Made by a program: the position numbers and the translations under genes. From the NCBI RefSeq assembly GCF_040938485.1, contig NW_027271623.1, positions 19,756 to 83,755 of the forward strand: DNA of 64,000 bases, read 5' to 3'. The stretch is from Diadema antillarum (taxonomy: Eukaryota). The notes below the pieces were generated by a model that was not told the DNA's origin, did no database searches, and saw only the letters and a program-made list of their open reading frames with translations. Positions 58,666 through 64,000 of the stretch are shown here, in pieces. Position 1 is the first letter of the stretch. Each line of letters starts with the position of its first letter.

Positions 58666-60371
58666 GTGTGTGCGTGTGTGTGTGTGTGTTTGTTTTTGTT
58701 TTCGTTTTTTTGAGGGGGCTATTGTGATTTTGATAGGGTTGTGATTTCGATAGGGTTGCTATGTATTCAACGGGAGACTAGAGAGAGAGATCGAGAGAGA
58801 GAGAGAGAGGGGGGGGGGATGATCGAGGGAGGGAGATGAGGAGGTTCTGTGACTTTTTCCTAATGCTATTAGCAATTCAAGGTGGAGGGGGAGGGGCTGC
58901 GGGTCATAATTGGTACACCCTTTGTTTTCGACAGGATCGTAAGGACGGAACATTTAGAAAACTATTCGCGGGAATTCTCCGATATCGATTATTTTTCGAC
59001 CCCCCTAAAAAAAAGAGTGTGTGTGTGGGATGGGGTGGGGGGGGGGGGGGGGGGCTAAATCCCTTAAATACCCCCCCCCCCCCACACACACACACACCTT
59101 GCTTCCGCACCAGGTGCACTTTTTTTCGATTCGGAGTGCATGAGCGTTTCTTGAACAAAACGGGATCGATCCACTATTAAAATAGTATGACTACTTTTTT
59201 TTTTTTAAGATAACAATTGTTTGTAACATTAAGCAATGTCGATTGTTTCGACATTTTTGAATCACGGTAACTGTCACCTTCTCGAGGGCTATGCGCGGCG
59301 GCAATACGTTCAGAGGGATGTAGGCATAGCAGTCAGTACTAGGAAGTAGTACTTCATAGTATACTACAAGTCGTACTGTATTTTGATTTCCTGCTTTAAC
59401 TTCTCCTATTACTAAAGTACCTGCCGAACATGTGCCGAAACCTTTGACCGGGCGTTGGAACGGCAGCGAACAAGATCGTGCAATCAGCGCAAAGATAGCA
59501 TAGGCAGCGAGCTAGCAAAGGCTGACAGAGCTTCGGATCAGAGAGAAAGAGAGGCAGCGCCCGCCGCCCGTTTAAACATGTCATTGCCCGCAATGGAAAT
59601 ACCACGAATGTAAGGATATTCAAATGATTCATCCCCTCTTCCCCGGTTTCTTCAGTAGTATTTCAAACGTGGGTGAGTATAGGAGTATAGCAAGGGAAAA
59701 TGAATTGTAGACAGATTTACGTGGTACGTATAGTAAGGTGCCCAGATTTATGGGTATTATAAATGCTCCTCACACTACCAATCCATTCACTATGCATTCT
59801 GTTCTCTGGCGATAGGCCTAGGAGGAGTGTGTAACATTACTGAGCATGCGCATTGTAGGCCATAACAACACACTGGTATGGCCTACCCAAAAATGGCAGA
59901 TAGTGGAAGATGTGAACAAATTAGTCAGAATCGTTTCGGGGTAGACAAGGACAGCGTGGTGCTTCTTCTCGCCAAAGCACTCAAGGAAGAGGACACAGAG
60001 GAATTTCTGGAAGTGTATGACAACTTATTACCGAATAATCTTCCTTCTATCCAGGTAAAGTTGCTATAACAAACTCGAAGTTTAATTGCAGCTGTAGCTG
60101 TGTATGTCTGCAAGTCCTTAGTTAAGCGCTGACTAATAATCAATGCACGAGCTCCTGCGACACGCCATAGTCCATGCCATGGCATACTGTGGCTGTATAG
60201 CTGTAGTATTCAAGGACCGTGGCCTGGCCTTGTGTGTACAAACGATCTACTCTAGTGCACAGTGCATGCATGGTTGGGTGTCTTAAAATGCTAGCCTAGA
60301 TATTAATGTATACCTCGACACCCTAATGAATGTATTTCTATTATCAATAGAGACTTAAAATATCTCACAAT

Positions 60372-60700
60372 TTGCCTGGAATTTTACTCACATGTAAGGA
60401 AAATACCAGTATGGTTGGACCTCTTCAAGAAAGGAGAGCACAGCAGCAGCAAAGTGACAGTCAGAGTCTAAACTTACTTGATGTAGTTAACATTCTATCA
60501 CTATATTGTGTGGTAGATCTTCCAGTCACCTACTTCATACCAGTTGCAGAACCGTCAACACGCGGAAACCCACATAAGCTTCAACTTCTATTTGCCAGAA
60601 CTCACTTGTTTCAGTCCATGTTCTATCCAGATGCTATTCGGCTATGGAACTCCCTACCACTTGTACCAGTGTACATACATGTACCACCTTCCACCATTAG
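60372..60700 (+). mobile_element. Short 3'-terminal fragment of a LINE-like ORF, with the tail motif ...LFARTHLFQSMFYPDAIRLWNSLP
   Basis: The SFFPRTIR(D)WN-type C-terminal motif recurs here and at 20543-20743 on the minus strand. The ORF 60372..60749 has no other recognisable domain. Confidence 0.35.
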
Positions 60701-61442
60701 CTGCACCTCCTTGGCTTGGAGATCTTCAAGAAGGAGATGCAACTTGTAAAGCTCCGATGAGCTCTCATCTTGTTTTTTAGCTGCACATAGAAATTTTTGT
60801 AGAGGATTTTTACCTGCACACTGTACACCCAGCACTTGACAAGCACAAGGTACGATAATACGCCAGAGGCGGACTGTACCAGACTGGAAGAAGAAGAAGA
60901 AGGACCTACAGAGGCCCGGCCTACTAACGTACTACTACTAGTACTAGTCCCTACTCTTCTAATAGTTACTAGACCTACTCATCGACCGCCTAATCCTTAT
61001 TTGCTTGATAAGAATATTTAACACTGAAATTCACGTAAAAACTTGACCTATGTGATTGAGAAAATCCAGTACTATCAAATGCCGTTGTTCCCTTTTCAAT
61101 TCAAAGTTTTAGTGCAAAAATATCGCTGTCGAACTTGCGTGGCCTCGTTTCAGCTCCCCACAGTGCCGCTCCTTTTTCAGATTGACTGCTGTTTTTGCAT
61201 TGACAGTGCACACAAACCGAGTTGCATTGAACACTGTGCTGTACAAAGCTTTACACATCCTCTTCACCGGTCAAAGCCAATAAATTTTGATGTGCTCTGC
61301 GTGTAGTGCAGTGCGTACTAAGCGTTCTGTGCGCAAAAACTACGCGGTCGGTTTCAAAAAGGTGTGGTCGATGTGTAGTAGAGCTACCATACTCTTAATT
61401 CACAATCGCGTACTTAAATATAAAAATGTGATTTGTGGTAGT

Positions 61443-62098
61443 TCCTGGACTATTAAACTGCGACCAGCAGCCCCATACGCATAGCGTAATGGGGCTGCGG
61501 ACTGTAGCATTCAGGATCATGACGGTGGTAGCATCGCGGATAAATATCAACTTAAAATCAAAAAATTTCTTCAATTTGAAGACTTACCAGTGAAGTTGAA
61601 GTATTGACAACAGGTATCGGGCAACATTTGGTTCTGCCAATAGTCCCTTTCTGTTCGAATTGATGACTTATTTGTATTAGTAATGTGACTCGGTCGAGAG
61701 GAACCTGGGAGAGCTACACTGAATTGACGGCCAGCGCATGTGCACACATCACATGCGCACAAATTTCAAATCCATTGACCGGATAAGATGTCTGTGTGCG
61801 CATGTGCTGGCCGTCAATTCAGTGTAGCTCTCCCAGGTTCCTCTCGACCAAGTCACATTAAGTCATCAATTCGAACAGAAAGGGACTAGAACCGTTCTAT
61901 TGGCAGAACCAAATGTTGCCTTAAACCTGTTGTCAGTACTTCAACTTCACTGGTAAATCTTCAAATTGAAGAAATTTTTCGATTTTAAGTTGATATTTAT
62001 CCGCGATACTACCCTGTCATGATCCTGAATGCTACAGTCCGTAGCCCCATTACGCTATGCGTATGGGGCTGCTGGTCGCAGTTAGTCCTGGACGTCCT
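61443..62098. mobile_element. ~655-bp near-perfect palindrome (foldback element) centred near 61768
   Basis: The sequence from 61443 (tcctggactattaaactgcgaccagcagccccatacgcatagcgtaatggggctgcggactgtagcattcagg...) reads as its own reverse complement out to 62098 (...ggggctgctggtcgcagttagtcctggacg). The centre is acatgcgcacaaatttcaaatccattgaccggataagatgtctgtgtgcgcatgtg. Confidence 0.85.
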
Positions 62099-64000
62099 AA
62101 CCGTTGGGCATTGTAAATGTGTTGCACGCTCAAGCTAAGAATAGAATCTGGTAGGTCTAACATACATGTATTAGTGTCGGTAAGGTAAGTGCACCAAACG
62201 CGAGGCGTGGGTATTATTTTGTCAATTAAATTACCTGAATTGAATTATCAATGATGATGCCCAGTAAGTTGTAGCCCGACTAAACTCGGCCCTGGGCGTT
62301 CCAATTGTATAGTCTAGATCTAAGTCTAGACTACTAGCTCTAGGCCTACTCATCACCACCTTTTTTTTGATTGACCACCCTTGCGCAATGGCTTTCTCGC
62401 GTATAAAATCAAGAATACGCGGGGGACGGGGTGCAATATTCAAATGCAATATGGAACATTCAAACATGAATACAAATCAAGAAAAGTTCGGGGGATACAG
62501 GTAAATAACCTGAGGAAACAGGAGGAAAAAGAATTGAAGAAAATCCTCATTAGTTTATACACGTAATTATTATTAACACATATTTGCCCATTCACTGGAT
62601 TTACATGCTTTTCAATGGGAAAACGGGCAGTTGGTTTAAAAAATGAGCTGCCACAGGCGCATGAAAAAAACCTCCCGTGTGTTTATCGCCGAGATTTACG
62701 TGCGTAGGATACGAAGGGACAATCTGAGCATGGGGTAAGGATCTGCGCTATTTTCTCCCAAAGTGAGACGAAATTGAGGTGCCACAAAGACATTTTTAAC
62801 ATGCTTCACTGCTTTGATCCCATCATCATTGCCACCAGCAAGCCGGGAGAAGAACAAAACGGAGATTCGAGAAATCTAAAATTACATGCGCAAAAGAAAC
62901 TCACAAAAATCAAAGTAAAGTGAATGTGCAGTTATGGTGAATGTTAGGAAATGATGCCTCAAAAATTTGGCTTGGGAGAAGCAGGCAGTTTTTAAAAGAA
63001 AGCTAACAGTTTGGCAGAATGATTATCATTTGTAATCTCAATATTTCAGTTTTCCACAGCTTATTCCAGAGCAAAAAGGGACGGCAATGGTAGAGAACAG
63101 GTACACCTTGTATATCTTGCCATTAGGCAAGGTCCTATGCGTGTGCAAAAATGTGCAAATCAGCAATTACCCATGTTTTGACACAACATTTGTCATGTTC
63201 TGAGGTTTTGCTGCTCCTCATCAATCATATGTATTTGTTCAAAGACATTTCCATCTGAAAAAGGAACATCAGCGAAACAAGACTGAAATGAGGCAAAAAA
63301 TTCTTTTGTTAGTGATGATACATGATGTCACAATCGTTATTGTCCAGACACCTGAACGTACTCATTAAGATGTGCATAATCATGTGTCAGCGACAATGAT
63401 TACATCAAAGAAAGACTGCCGTGAACAGTCCCTGTATATTAGGTCCATGCTGTCTACAACTTAAACTTATGACCGCATGTAACTTGACCATTGATAACAT
63501 TCATTGATATCATATCGTGCAAAATCTTGAACATTTGAATCATATCTGAATGTTCACATTGATACTGTAGGGGTGGAATCCCCAAATATTTTAGTCTCTC
63601 AGAATATGACAATGATCAGCTACCAACTAGGTTGCTCTCCTCTGAACCGATTCAAGCTTTTTTTGCATCACTCTTTGTATTAATATAGTTCATTTCCAAC
63701 ACAAGAGCAATATTCCAAGAGTGGTCTAAAAAGGGCCTATACAGTATGTAGGATGCGCAATGCTATAAATAGAGGGTGTCGGTTTCAATGTATGTCTACA
63801 GTGTCGATGTGTTGGACACCTACATGTACCATACTCCCTTCCTCGCTTCTGCTCCTCGTCAGCAAACCAATCTTGTGTTGCCATGTTCTACACGACACTG
63901 AGTAGACACTATTGTAGTACTTACTAGATCTACTCTCTAGATAACCTGGTCTTACCCTGTCTACGTTCCTTTTTCTTACAGTTGTAGTAATTACTAGAGG

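Noticed and set aside
1-64000. Prokaryotic-style systems (operons, CRISPR arrays, defence islands, prophage)
   Set aside because: The window shows spliceosomal introns with GT-AG boundaries, metazoan genes (SUDS3, DPH1, MORN3), LINE/MITE/SINE content and microsatellites. There are no Shine-Dalgarno-spaced gene clusters and no direct-repeat/spacer arrays of CRISPR type. The tandem repeats have variable-sequence 'spacers' only in the sense of diverged satellite units.

Overview
This window looks like nuclear DNA from a metazoan, most likely an invertebrate deuterostome or another marine invertebrate. It is about 37% GC and intron-rich, with many MITEs, foldback elements and microsatellites. I see no bacterial-type operon, CRISPR array or defence system, and I do not think the window contains a hidden 'system'. 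I could reconstruct three conserved protein-coding genes by eye from homology and splice signals. Other ORFs in the provided track fall inside repeats or low-complexity DNA and are not coding. (1) An SDS3/SUDS3-like Sin3-corepressor subunit on the minus strand has eight coding exons from 19246 down to 6544. (2) Diphthamide biosynthesis protein 1 (DPH1) on the plus strand has twelve coding exons from 23670 to 35124. It lies head-to-head with SUDS3 across a CpG-rich interval that probably acts as a bidirectional promoter. (3) MORN repeat-containing protein 3 (MORN3) on the plus strand has five coding exons from 42834 to 47863. The non-coding sequence contains two piggyBac-like non-autonomous families with TTAA target duplications: a ~775 bp family with two copies and a ~85 bp micro-family with four copies. 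It also contains Tc1/mariner-like MITEs with TA duplications, several foldback elements including a ~655 bp near-perfect palindrome, degraded LINE reverse-transcriptase fragments, and a tRNA-like SINE core. Two satellites are present, with periods of ~160 bp and ~260 bp, plus an ~80 bp minisatellite. There is a ~515 bp (TAC)n trinucleotide array inside a DPH1 intron, plus many (GT)n, (ATGT)n and (AAAAC)n microsatellites. The points most worth a second look are the transposon content, a probable GC-AG intron in DPH1, an unresolved SUDS3 exon junction, possible linkage conservation between SUDS3 and MORN3, and two unassigned exon-like open frames near the window edges.
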